A stretch of 61,066 nucleotides of DNA, the filler included. It is 10 parts of 10 records of this genome, joined end to end, with 100 filler letters (N's around TTAATTAATTAA, not from the genome) between each part and the next. Parts side by side here need not be neighbours in the genome. Positions count along the whole stretch, not along the records: positions 44,438 to 47,758 come from SRR15195285_2555; positions 47,859 to 51,588 come from SRR15195285_2556; positions 51,689 to 61,066 come from SRR15195285_2558; 7 more parts are not named here. One strand, given 5' to 3'. Positions within the stretch are counted from its first letter, which is position 1; every line of letters begins with the position of its first letter. The notes below the pieces were generated by a model. The model was not told the origin of the DNA. It made no database searches and worked only from the letters and a program-made list of their open reading frames with translations. Shown here in pieces: positions 44,438-55,693 of the stretch. Both the position numbers and the translations under genes were made by a program.

Positions 44438-47377
44438 GGTCGTCGTCAACAGGTGAATGCGGGCACGGGCAAGTGCTGCAAATCATTGGAAGTTCAGAGA
44501 TGCGAACACAGCCTCCTCGCTGTCAGCCGATGCTGAGTGGACTAGCGGCCGTACGTTGCTGCGCCGATAGGTACCGCACGTGTTTCAGCGAGGGCAGCCA
44601 ACTCGATACGTTTGCGGCGGGGGCGTGCACCGCTGACGAGAGTCTTCATACCTGTGGAGAGCTAGGTTGGCTCTCCTTCGCCAGGGTACTGTTCTTGGAG
44701 AGTGAATGAGCACGGTGCGGACATGTTTGTGTGTGAGCGCTGCTCGACGCGACAGAACGGACAGTGCTTTGAGGAAGCCGATTTCTCTACGGCTCTAGCG
44801 ATGTGTGTCGGTATTGGTGCACGCTTATGCACCCAAGAAGAATTAGAGAGAGACGAGGCGCGCAGGACTGGATGCAACATGGACAACGCTCGAATCTGGT
44901 CTTCCTCTCGAGAAAACTGCGGTCCAAACGAAGTTGTAACCGTGGCTGGAAGCTCGCAGTTTGCCGGCCGTCACCCGACGCAGTGTGTGAACGTGGCTGC
45001 TAACCAGACTACCATTGCTGCGCATGGTGTTGGGCCGAACCATGTGCCTGAACAGACAGTGAGCTTAGGGATTCGCTGCTGTGCTGACAGCAGCCGAACT
45101 TGCAGTGATGGGCCTTGTCACCCGACGGCATCGCTGCTCACATGCGAAGAACTAAATGGTCTTGGTGAAGAATGGCCTGCTGGAGCTGGTGCTTTGGACC
45201 CGATGGAAGGGGAAGTGCTTACTGACGAGGTTTGTGCCGAATCGGACATCAATGGCGTGTGCCACTACGGTACCTTTACTGAAGCAGCTAACTTGTGCAT
45301 GTCAGTCGGCGCGCGGCTTTGCTCCATAGAAGAGATTGTTGCAGAAGAGACTCGCTACACCGGATGCAATTTCGACCGTGCATACATTTGGAGCGCTTCG
45401 CAGAATCTCGCTGGAAGCACTGGGATACACGACAATCACTTTCAGCAGTGCAATGATGGGCAGGTATTAGTTGCGATCGGCTCAGGGTCAGACACATGCG
45501 AGGCCAACGGCGGGACTGGCTGCGCGGGCTCACAGGCATCGCACGAAGCAATGTGCAGACCCCTGACAGCTCGCGATGTCAATGTTGCCGAAGGAAAACC
45601 AGCCTTCGCCGACTCAGTATTTTCCCCAGATGAAGGACATCCATGCGACCCAAGTCAGCCTGAGACTCCAGGATGCTACTACGCATCGAAAGCCGTCGAT
45701 GGCCTGGTTGGCAACGCTTTCCGCTGGCTCTCTGACGGCAGCCAGCCCCATCACTGGCTGGCGGTCGACCTGCAGGGAGTGTACCCAATTAATGCCATTC
45801 ACGTCCTATCTGGACATGATCATGGAACGACCCCTGGTACCGCGGATTACGATCCGCACATCGGCATTTGCACTTTTGACGTTCAGTTTTTCTGCAACGA
45901 TCCAACACTACCGACAAAAGGAGCTCACTGCGACGACCCTGGCCTGACAGTGGAGATGGGTACCGTACAAGCTGCAGATGACAGCAAGTGGATCAGCTTG
46001 AAGTCCGCCTCCGACGGCCCATACACAACTGTGACACTCCGTTCACCACCAGAGGACGAGCGCCATTTTGGCCAGCTGACTGTGGATAACGACGACAACG
46101 AGATTCCGCTCGTCACCGCGAGGTACATGCGACTGAAGATAGACCAGAGCTGCAATGATGGCAGTGGAGATCAACAATATGCCAATATCGCCCGCATTTA
46201 CGAGTTCAAGGTAATGACTTCGATTGGCATACGGTGCTGCGCTGATTCTGAGAAGATGTGCTCCGATCGCACGTGTGACGAAACACTTGAGGCAGAGACA
46301 GCAGTGCTGGGCTCCAGGGCGGAAGCGAACGGCGAATGCGACCCAACTACGTTATCTGGTCCATCGCTGGTCACACGAGGGAACCTCAATGGAGCCGCTG
46401 GAACAGGATATGTGCAGTTTAACACTCCAGAGGACACCATCACATGGAACCTCGAGAGTTGCACTGCTGGCATGCACGACCTGACTTTCCGATACGCTTT
46501 GGGGGCCACCGGCGGCGAAGCCATGAACGGAGGAAACCGAAATCAGATGTCGATTAGTGTGGTGGAGGGCAGGTCCTCTGGCTCTACTGTGATGCACTTT
46601 CACTCTACGGGAGGCTGGGAATACTGGACCGAAAAAACGGTGCAAGTTCGCCTAGCAGAGGGAACGAACACCGTCATTGTCTCTGTCTCGCCTGAGGACG
46701 CCGGCGGCGGAGAGTTGCCTAATATTGACTGGATGAAGGTTGAATTGATTTCCGATCCTGCTGGCCTTGGCAATGTGTGCGACCCTATCGAAGGCTTCAA
46801 GTACATCCCAACAGCCTCAGATCTTGGCAATCCTGATGCGGAAGTGATGAGTGATGACGAAGTCTGCGGTGAGGACAACGTCCTGCGTCACGACGGAATT
46901 GCAGCTGGTCTTACTTACGCCGGTCATGGCGCCGGGGTGACTGGTGGTGGTCAACACTTCACGTCCTGTATTATTGCTGACCTGGGCGCGACTGTGACTG
47001 CGTCGGCAATTGCATTTGCTGCCACGAGCTCGGACGAAGCAGTGTGTGGTGATACTTGCGCCGCCAATGACGCAAGCGCCACCCAAGGCTGTGGATCGGT
47101 GGCGACAATGCAGCTTTACGTGCTGGAAAGCAGCAGCACGAAGGAGCGTGACTTGGATTTGAGTGACTTCACGCCGATTGGCCAAATAAGTTTGCCACTA
47201 GACGACACAGCAAATGATGGCGAACACGCGCGGTGGCTCACGCAATCGCAGCAATTGCCTTCACCACAACCCGTGCGGTACGTGGCGGCGTGCCGCAGCG
47301 CTGCTGGCGGCGGCCGGGATAACATCTTGATCGACTATTTAGGCGTCGTGCCGGACGGCGCCGAGCAATGTCCTTGA
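44438..47377 (+). CDS. Extracellular modular protein: Cys-rich lectin-like repeats, F5/8C (discoidin) domain, CBM6/35-like domain; 5' end truncated
   Basis: Repeats of C...GARLC..EE...E.R.TGC..D...IWS.S...RCCAD; NVAEGKPA..KAVDG..WLAVDL..ARYMRL; LEAETA..GTGYVQF..FRYA..STGGW..LAEGTNTV..NIDWM. Confidence 0.8.
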
Positions 47378-47758
47378 TGTAAGAAGAAGGTTCATTTGAT
47401 CGTACTTAGGGTAAAATAATCAGGTATGTTCAGTTCGCTCAGGCATAGCTTGGCTTGATCCTCTAGTAGTGGTACATTCTCTGTATCCAGTGTTACAAAT
47501 AATGATAAGTTGTGTTCGCTCAGTCATACTTGCCATGATCATGTAGTAGTGGTGGCTATTCATACACGTTCAATTCTCGCGGTTTGAGACAAGTAGGTCT
47601 CGAAGGTCTGTTGTTAGATCTCCATTTGGGACGACTGTGGGGAGGCATTCTCCATTCTCGATTCTGAACGCAGGAGGTCATGGGAGATCAGGAGGCATCG
47701 CTCTGTCAGGCGTCAATTCCGCATTGTAACCACACCGGCCGCAGATCGAGGGCCGAAG

Positions 47759-47858
47759 NNNNNNNNNNNNNNNNNNNNNNNNNNNNNNNNNNNNNNNNNN
47801 NNTTAATTAATTAANNNNNNNNNNNNNNNNNNNNNNNNNNNNNNNNNNNNNNNNNNNN
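47759..47858. other. Artificial contig linker
   Basis: N44-TTAATTAATTAA-N44. Confidence 0.98.
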
Positions 47859-47888
47859 GCACGGGGGGGAATCCCAATACTATTCAAT
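47859..47888 (+). repeat. Left arm of a perfect 30-bp inverted repeat at the contig start
   Basis: GCACGGGGGGGAATCCCAATACTATTCAAT; reverse complement at 51559-51588. Confidence 0.95.
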
Positions 47889-48504
47889 TCATACTGTACC
47901 GAAGCTGGTAAGAATGGGGAGCAGTCGAGGATCCACAATCCAAAAGCAGCCACAGCGGTGCTGAACCGGGAAGTGGAACGACGCACCGGAACACTGGTCA
48001 GGACGCTGGAGACGGTACTAGCTAGTAGACTGACCGCCAATTTCGGCCGCTCCGAAAATTTTGAATTGGCTTCAAAATCCAACATTAATAGCCTGCCTGT
48101 TGCATCACCCGCCGGGGGAGAAGGAATCGATGACGATGTTCATATTCCGGGGATTCGTGGATGTTGAGCGAATGAGCGTCACCGTCAGCATCATCCGTAT
48201 GTATGAGTGCCCAGTGTGCTGTGCTGCTGTGTGGGTCAATACACAATACAGTACGGTAGATCTCTCCGGCGGCAAGTGTCTCTCTGCTGTCTCTCCGCAC
48301 TGCATGCGCAAGTAGAACTACTAGCTAGCATTGCACTGGGCTGTCTATCCTCCGTCCTCTGGCTCGCCGACAGCTAGGGTTCCTATATTAGTAACCCCTG
48401 ATCAGGGCAGGGCAGGGGCAGGGCAGGAAGGACCTGCTGCTGCTGCTGCTGCTGCTGCTAGGACGCCTCACCGCTGCGCGGCCAGGGAGCAAGGTCGGCA
48501 CGCC

Positions 48505-51303
48505 ATGGCCGCGCCTTCCGACGGCTCCTCGGGCATGCGGTTGCACCTGCGGCCCTCTCCGCAGAAGAGCAGCCGCCTGAACCCTCCTCTGCTGGCAACC
48601 GCCGCCGCCGCCGCCGCTGGTTCCGACCCAGCCACGGGGGCGGGAGCCAAGGCGCTGCACTGCCCGATCAACGCGCTGCTCACCGCCGTGAGGGATGCCT
48701 TCGCTCAGCGCGAGCTCGCGGGCGACGCACTGCGCGCCAAGGTCTCCGCCGCGCTGCAGAGCGCCGACCTTGCCGACTGCGCGCAGAGCGGCTCGCCCTG
48801 GGCGCGGTACGTGCACTACGGCGATTCCACCTACTCGCGCAACCTCGTGGCCTTCGAGGGGAGCTTCTCCATCATCCTCAACTGCTGGAGGCCCGGCCAG
48901 CGCACCGCCGAGCATGACCACCTCTCCGCGGGCGGCAGCGTCGCGTGGACCAAGGTCGTCAAGGGCGCGCTGGCGCTCACGCAGTTCGCGCCGCAGAACG
49001 GCCGCGGTGCCGCCCCCACGGTGACGTCGCAGCAGCACCTTGGCGAGGGCATGGTGAGCTGCGCCGAGGCGCACGAGCTGGGCGTCCACCTGCTGGCCAA
49101 CCGCACCGCGGAGGTCGCCATCTCGCTGCACGTCTACTCGCCGCCGATGCTGAGCTGCTGCGGCAACCCGGTGGTGCTCTGTCAGCGCAGGCAGGAGAGC
49201 ATCACCGACAAAGAGCGGCTCTCCATGCACGCCCGCGCGCCGGCCAACCGGCTGCTTTTCACCAACTTCCGCAGCATGGTGCAGACGCTGCACGACGAGA
49301 TCGAGCCGCTTGACGAGGGCCAGCACCACTCGCACGAGCACATCGCCCAGATCAATGAGCTGCTCACCTCGATGCGCTTCAATCAGGCGGAGTACTCGCG
49401 CTACCTCAACTTCCGCGACGACCACTACACGCGCAACCTGGTGGGCTACGACATGCCCCAGGGTGCCTCGCGGGCCAAGTTCACGGCCTTGATTCTCTGC
49501 TGGGACAAGGGGCAGATGTCCCCCATCCACGACCATGCCGGTTCGTCGTGCTGGGTGAAGGTACTGCAGGGTCAGCTGCGCGAGGTTAGGTACGAGTATC
49601 GCACTGAGGACAACGCGGAGAGGCGAGGCAAGAAGCTAGCCGTGCTCTCCGACCGCACCTTCGAGCCGGAGTCGGTCGCATATATCAATGACACGCAGGG
49701 CGTCCATGCGATGGGCAATCCCAACTCCGATTCGGTGACCGTGACTCTGCACGTTTACGCGCCTCCTTATGTAATTTGCAAGATGTTCGACCCAGACGAT
49801 GGCTCGACACAGGTGGGCTCCATGGCCGCGGCGATCATGCCATCCAATCCCTTCACGGAGAAGGTGGCGGCTAGTGCAGCTGCAGCAGCCAACTCACACA
49901 CACCTGGCAGCACCGTCCAGTCGCCGCCGTCGAAGCGGCCGCGTCTGCAGAGCGAGGCGGCTGGTCCCGCTGGCAAGGAGCAGGCATCGTTGCAGGCACC
50001 GTCAGCAGGCCTGAGCGACTCGTCCCCGCTCAACCTGTCTCAGCTTCAAATATCTCTGAAGCAGGCGGTCCGCCCCGATGGGACGTGCGAGGGCGCTGCC
50101 GGTCTGCTAGAGAGGCTAGTCCTCGCTGAGCACGAATGGCAGGAATTCGTCCACTTCGAGCCGTTCCGCTACACACGATCCCTCGTGGCTCTGGACTCGT
50201 CCTTCTCTCTGATGGCTCTCTGTTGGAACAAGGGCCACGCAACTCCACTGCATTCACATGCGCCAGGTGTATGTTCGTGGGCAAAAGTCTTGCGAGGCTC
50301 GCTGACTCTCAAGCGCTACACTGGCACAGTCGCGAGCTCAACCCTGCGCTCGGAGCACAAGTTCGATGAAGGCGACATCCTGGATGAGCAGCAGTACAGC
50401 GGTCTGCACGTCGTGGGTAATCCATCCACAACCAACACAACCGTCTCGCTTCATCTGTACTCCCCACCGTACGTGGACATGGCCTACGTCGACTCCTCTG
50501 GCCGGCAGGTCTCGGTGCCTGTGGTTCATTCAGCTACCAGCGCCTGTGGCTTCGCCACATGCGACGCGTGCGGCGCCGATGTGGACGCAGCAGTCGGTGT
50601 GGCTGACAGTGGCACCCCCAGTTCACAGACGAGCACGACAGAGGCTAAGTCGACTAGGCTTGAGCTAGCATCATTCGGTTCAATCTTCAGCGACTTCCAC
50701 TGCTTCGTCAACTTCTTGCGCTCTGAGCTGAATCCCAACGACGTCACGGCTACCACAGCATTCTTAGAAGGGTTTCAGTTCCATCCTTCCGAATGGCAGG
50801 AATACGCTCCCTGCTTGGAATCTGACGCCAGGGCTGCGGGGGAGGTTAGCGAGGTGGTGGGTGGTGTCACTGTGACCCTTATCGCTCTCGGTGAAAATCC
50901 CGGCCATCGTCTAGAGTTATGCTCCTGGGCTCCCGGATCAGAATGTCCTGCAAATGCGATGGGGGGCGATGCATCCGCAACAGCGAACGGAAACTGCGGC
51001 AGATGCTGGCTCAAAGTGCTGCAGGGCGAGCTGGACGAGGCTGAGTATATGGTACCTGCTACTACTACAGGTGAATCCGACGGCAGCAGCAGTGGAGTGG
51101 AAACTGCTGGCGTGGTCGTGAGGCGAGCGCGGCTAAGTCAGGGGTCTGTGACGTACTTCCATGACGACAGCCCTCTATCACCTAAAGGCAGAACTGCTGT
51201 GCCTACACGCAGGTGCATGCTGCGACACCCGACTTCTCGCGGTGCTTCTACGGAAGACAGCAGCACGTATACGCACGCACTGAGGCTCGTTGCAGACGGC
51301 TAA
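48505..51303 (+). CDS. Cysteine dioxygenase-like protein with four tandem cupin domains (three with intact His ligands)
   Basis: YSRNLV..CW..HDH..GVH..SLHVYSPP; YTRNLV..CW..HDHAGSSCW..GVH..TLHVYAPP; YTRSLV..CW..HSH..GLH..SLHLYSPP; fourth domain degenerate. Likely ATG at 48505. Confidence 0.9.
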   Translation: MAAPSDGSSGMRLHLRPSPQKSSRLNPPLLATAAAAAAGSDPATGAGAKALHCPINALLTAVRDAFAQRELAGDALRAKVSAALQSADLADCAQSGSPWARYVHYGDSTYSRNLVAFEGSFSIILNCWRPGQRTAEHDHLSAGGSVAWTKVVKGALALTQFAPQNGRGAAPTVTSQQHLGEGMVSCAEAHELGVHLLANRTAEVAISLHVYSPPMLSCCGNPVVLCQRRQESITDKERLSMHARAPANRLLFTNFRSMVQTLHDEIEPLDEGQHHSHEHIAQINELLTSMRFNQAEYSRYLNFRDDHYTRNLVGYDMPQGASRAKFTALILCWDKGQMSPIHDHAGSSCWVKVLQGQLREVRYEYRTEDNAERRGKKLAVLSDRTFEPESVAYINDTQGVHAMGNPNSDSVTVTLHVYAPPYVICKMFDPDDGSTQVGSMAAAIMPSNPFTEKVAASAAAAANSHTPGSTVQSPPSKRPRLQSEAAGPAGKEQASLQAPSAGLSDSSPLNLSQLQISLKQAVRPDGTCEGAAGLLERLVLAEHEWQEFVHFEPFRYTRSLVALDSSFSLMALCWNKGHATPLHSHAPGVCSWAKVLRGSLTLKRYTGTVASSTLRSEHKFDEGDILDEQQYSGLHVVGNPSTTNTTVSLHLYSPPYVDMAYVDSSGRQVSVPVVHSATSACGFATCDACGADVDAAVGVADSGTPSSQTSTTEAKSTRLELASFGSIFSDFHCFVNFLRSELNPNDVTATTAFLEGFQFHPSEWQEYAPCLESDARAAGEVSEVVGGVTVTLIALGENPGHRLELCSWAPGSECPANAMGGDASATANGNCGRCWLKVLQGELDEAEYMVPATTTGESDGSSSGVETAGVVVRRARLSQGSVTYFHDDSPLSPKGRTAVPTRRCMLRHPTSRGASTEDSSTYTHALRLVADG

Positions 51304-51558
51304 GATTACAGGGGAAACTTGAAGGAGCGACAAGGTTTCCTGTCCGCTGGGCAGCTGCATGATGTGGATGCAGCACATGAAGACATGTCTGTTTCAATTA
51401 GTCTGCCTGTCGGGCGTGCACACATTCGTTTCACAGTACATGTACCGCAGTCCGATTAGCGATATACACAAACGAGAGAGTACAGCCGCCGCCGCGGGAG
51501 CAGACGAGCCTCAGCTTCAGGCCTGCAGCGTCACCAGATAGGTTTTCACCTCCATCGC

Positions 51559-51588
51559 ATTGAATAGTATTGGGATTCCCCCCCGTGC
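51559..51588 (-). repeat. Right arm of the 30-bp inverted repeat at the contig end
   Basis: ATTGAATAGTATTGGGATTCCCCCCCGTGC. Confidence 0.95.
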
Positions 51589-51688
51589 NNNNNNNNNNNN
51601 NNNNNNNNNNNNNNNNNNNNNNNNNNNNNNNNTTAATTAATTAANNNNNNNNNNNNNNNNNNNNNNNNNNNNNNNNNNNNNNNNNNNN
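51589..51688. other. Artificial contig linker
   Basis: N44-TTAATTAATTAA-N44. Confidence 0.98.
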
Positions 51689-51871
51689 ATGATTTTGAGA
51701 GAATTTAAGCGCCGGTACAAATTCAAACAAATTTTCATCTCAGAAACAGGGAATTTCCCTACATTACCCACATGGGCGCCCCTAGCTAGATCTGATTCTG
51801 GCGGCGCACTGTAAGCCACGGAGGGCGGCCGGTGGGCGGGTTTGTGGGATGAGGTGAAGGAGGAGAGGGCC

Positions 51872-53864
51872 ATGGGGGACGCGGGCGTGGACTGGAAGCA
51901 GCGCGCGTGCGAGTACTTCGACACGCTGCAGGAGCTGGAGAAGAAGTGCCAGGAGCACCAGATCGCGCGGGAGACGGCGGATGAGAGGAGCCGCGATCTG
52001 TACGCTGAGAAGCAGCGCGCAGTCGACACCAATAACCACAAGGACCGCCAGATCCGCGACCTGCAGCTGGAAAAGGCGAGCCTGCAGCGCGACGTCGAGC
52101 AGCTATGCCAGGGTCTCAAGGTGTGCCGCACCCCTCTGACCCCGGCCCACCCCACCGCTGTGCCGCGCATGTGTGTGCCGCTCAGTTGCGTTGTATCGTG
52201 GCCTGTGTCAGCCGGGGGACTCCGGCTGGTCGGCCAAGGCAGGACCCGAGGTCGAGGAGCAGATCGCATACATGGAGCGCAGATTGACGCAGAACTCGAA
52301 GGACGCCATCGAAGCAAAGAAGCAGCTGATGGACGAGAAGCTCGCGATGAGCAAGGCCACGCGGGAGTGGCAGGAGGACTGGACAAAGCGTCTCAAGCAG
52401 CACCACTTCGAGGCGGTCGCACACTCGGATGATCTGGATCGGCACCGAACGCAGAACGAGGAGAGCTCGGTTGAGCTGTCGACCCTCCGTGAGCGTGTGG
52501 CGGAGCTCGAGGGCGAGCTCGCAAAGGAGCGGGCGGATTACAAAGAGCTGAAGAAGGAAGCCGGGACAACGCTGAGATTCCTGAAGAAGGAGCGCAACCT
52601 GACTCGGCAGCTGAAGGACGAGAAAGCGGCAATAGAAACGGAGAGCAAGGAGATGGCGACAAAGCTCTCTGAGGCCCAGACTGCGGCGATGGAGATCCAG
52701 CAGTCGGATCGCGAGCAGATGCTTGAGGCCAAGATTGAGGACCTGGAAGGGCAACTAAACTCGGAGGCACAGATGTCGGAGCTCTGGCGGGACAAGCACG
52801 ACAAGGCCGTGCAGGAGCGGGCGTATGCTGTGGACCTGCTGAACGAAGGGGGTGAGGGCGCATCTGGCTCTGGCACCCTACAGCAGCTGCTGAGTGCCCA
52901 GCGGCAGGTGGAAGAGCTGAAGGTCCAGATTGAGCAGCTTCAGTCCGCAGCCCCTACGAGTGGTGTGCGGCCTCGGGAGCCAGAGCCGGAACCCGCGCCG
53001 GCTGCGCAGGGTGACGACGACCCCGCTTCGTTAGCAAGGGCGGCGCAGCAAGCGCGGCGAACGAGGCTAGAACCGCAAAGTGGGAACGTCACGGCAAGTG
53101 GACAAGAGCCTGCGACTTCGGGGAGTGGTGGTAGCGTTGAAGATGCGTTATTAAGTGCACAGGAATTGCGGCTGCGACTATCTGAAACAGACCCACGAAA
53201 GCTCCGCCAGAAGATTCCTGCTGACGTGCAAAAGACTGTCGCAGACGACGAGATTGTCGAGCTGAGCCAGCGAAGAGTCGATGCTGTGATCCAGCAGATC
53301 ATACGTGTGCAGATGGGTGACGCAGGTCCAGATGGCAACGACGATGGCGCGGCCGGCTCGGCGATTCGAAGGGAGGACATGTCCCTGCCTGGCGTAGAAA
53401 GCTACGTCCATAGCCTGTGGATAGAGCTACTCCAAGTCCTGCAAGACAACGCGGATTTGCGCAAGAACAACCTGATTCTGCACCACGAACGTCAACAGCA
53501 AGTATCCCACAGAGAGCAAGAGTTGCTGGAAAGTCTTGAACCGCAAGGCCAACGCGACGCTGGGTCGCTTCCTGGGAATGGTGCCGCAGGCGTCACTCGC
53601 AGTGATGCCGACGTCGCGGTCGCTCCCAGTGGGGGGAACACTGCCCAGCTTAGCCGAGCACAGTCGGCACCAGCACTCCCACGCACTAGGACAACGCCGT
53701 CGCAGTATGGCAGTGGGATGACTGGATATGTCCGACGATGCTACGCGGAATGCCAGGATCAATCAGCGTGCGTACTTCTGCTTTTGGCACAGCCGACGGT
53801 GCTGTCGCTGTTCTGGTTCCTGTTCGCACCTCTGCCCTCGAGCGTACAGTCCGTAGCAAGATAA
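51872..53864 (+). CDS. Coiled-coil protein of unknown function; 3' end uncertain
   Basis: ATG 51872; intron 52121-52211 joins two heptad-rich ORFs in frame; possible further intron near 53729. Confidence 0.7.
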
Positions 53865-54373
53865 TGCCCTAAATTCGCCAGCAGTTTACATCGATTTCGC
53901 TCGTTGTGTGTGACACAGGATGAAGGTGGCGCTGACTGCGGAACTCGGTCGGTTGACAGCGAGCGGAGAAATTTCGACCATGACTGATGAGCAGTGGGCT
54001 ATGAGGCCCCTGCCGAGGGAGTGATTGTGTCGAGTGCCGTGCGGAGCTACGCTGCGAAGGCAGCGTTGCCATCTTACTGTCGAGTTCATCTACCCGCCTT
54101 CCAATGTTGGGCACACTGCAGCAACGGTACGCGCAGACAGGACGCTGGTGCTGTTGAGGCTTCAGTGTGTGTGCGATTGCAACGCGCAGCTAGCGCAGCG
54201 GTGTACGGAACGTCGAGGGTCATGGCATTGGTACTGCATTATGCCTATGCGAGCGCTCAGATGTACACTCAAGCGCGGCCTGCCCCTTTTGCCTCAACAC
54301 ATACACCACACCACACATCGTGCTGGTTTGCAGCAAAGCATGTACAGCGATCAGCCTGGTACCACTTGAGATG

Positions 54374-55295
54374 TTAACCCGGAGGCAGAGCCGTGGCGTC
54401 GATCTCGACGCGCGCCAGCACGCGCTCTGCAACGAGCGCACCGTCTTCGATCATGTTGCTGAACGCACCTGAAGCCCGAGCCATGCCAACGACTCCTGTT
54501 CGGGCGATCTCAATGATTCCGTATCTGCACGCAGCGCCATACTACTTTAGGAGCGCGTACCACGTTTGTTCGCCTGCTTGTGCGAGGACTGGGACAACGC
54601 GTTGGACGAGAGGAAGAACTCACGAAGTGCAAAGCTCGATAAACCGCTCGATCTCGTTGGGGTGTGAGCTGAGCTCGAACATGATGTGATGTTCCATCAC
54701 GTCCACTGTCTTCGCATTGAATACGTTGGCGAGCTGGATCAGCCCAATGCGATCGGTCTTCGTCTGCGTAGCCACCTTGATCATCATCAGGTCCCGCTGC
54801 ACGATACCTTTGGTGGGGTCACCCACCGCTACCATGACCACGTGGGTCACGTCCTGCAATTGCTTGTGGACCTATGCGACCAGACGGTCCGATGGTTAGG
54901 GTGCAAGCGGGCGCCGCTGTGCTCACACACGTCGATTAGTGGAGCGCACGTTGGTCAGAGCCTGGTCGTCGCCGTTGACCACGATCGTCATGCGGGAGAG
55001 CTCCGGAATCTCGGTCCGCCCGACAACGAGGCTGTCGATGTTGAACCCCCCGCCCGGCCAGCAGCGTGGCCACACCCGCCAGCACGCCCGACTCATTCAC
55101 CACTAGCGCCCCGATCACATGTCGTCCCTGCTGCGTCCAGCCCTCGACGTCCGAGGCGTTCCCGCTGGACGCCCGGCTCGCAAGCACACCACTCGACTGG
55201 AACCCCCTCAGCGCCAAGCCCGGGCTCCCGAACCCCCTAACTGCAGTGCGGCCCAACGCCCCCCTGCACAAGCCCGACAGCCGGCTGGCGAACAT
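54374..55295 (-). CDS. ILV6: Acetolactate synthase regulatory (small) subunit, ILV6/IlvH-like, with organellar presequence and a one-base frameshift
   Basis: [61 protein letters not shown]-terminal LPPG*; two GT-AG introns. Confidence 0.9.
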
Positions 55296-55693
55296 CACGG
55301 CGATGTGCCCCCCTACGGTACGGTACGCGCCTACCCGCTAGCGCTACCGGCTGCTCAGCACTCGAGCACTGCTGGCTGCCTGTGCACCGTCCGCCACGCC
55401 GCCGGTCGCCGCGGCCCGCCGCCATTCATTCCAATTTCAGGATGCCATTGCGTAGGAATTCCTAGTCAATAAATCGAGGCGTCGATAGATTCCGATTGGG
55501 TAATCGGGACGGAATTGGGAACTAAACACTGACAGACTGGCAAAGTGGTACGTATCAGATGGTGTCATCGGGCAAATGTGATTGTGCATCGGACAGAGGC
55601 TCGGAGCATTCAAGATGCTGTGGTGACCTCTAGGTGTATGCTACCGTATTCGCAAGTGTTCGAGTACATTGGGGCGGCTTGCCACGCGCAAGC

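Noticed and set aside
44660-44760. Frame break in the lectin-like gene as a pseudogene or 19-nt micro-intron (44666-44684)
   Set aside because: An ordinary 70-nt GT-AG intron (44686-44755) also restores the frame; unresolvable without RNA.
48388-49536. Long antisense ORFs (also 35042-36280 and 24630-25583)
   Set aside because: Shadow ORFs of GC-rich coding strands with no recognisable motifs.
41423-51303. CDO plus TauD as a linked taurine/sulfonate pathway cluster
   Set aside because: They are on different contigs separated by linkers, and the TauD-family substrate is unknown.
51689-51790. Possible hAT-like element end (TAGGGGCGCCC on the minus strand)
   Set aside because: No partner TIR or second copy in the window.
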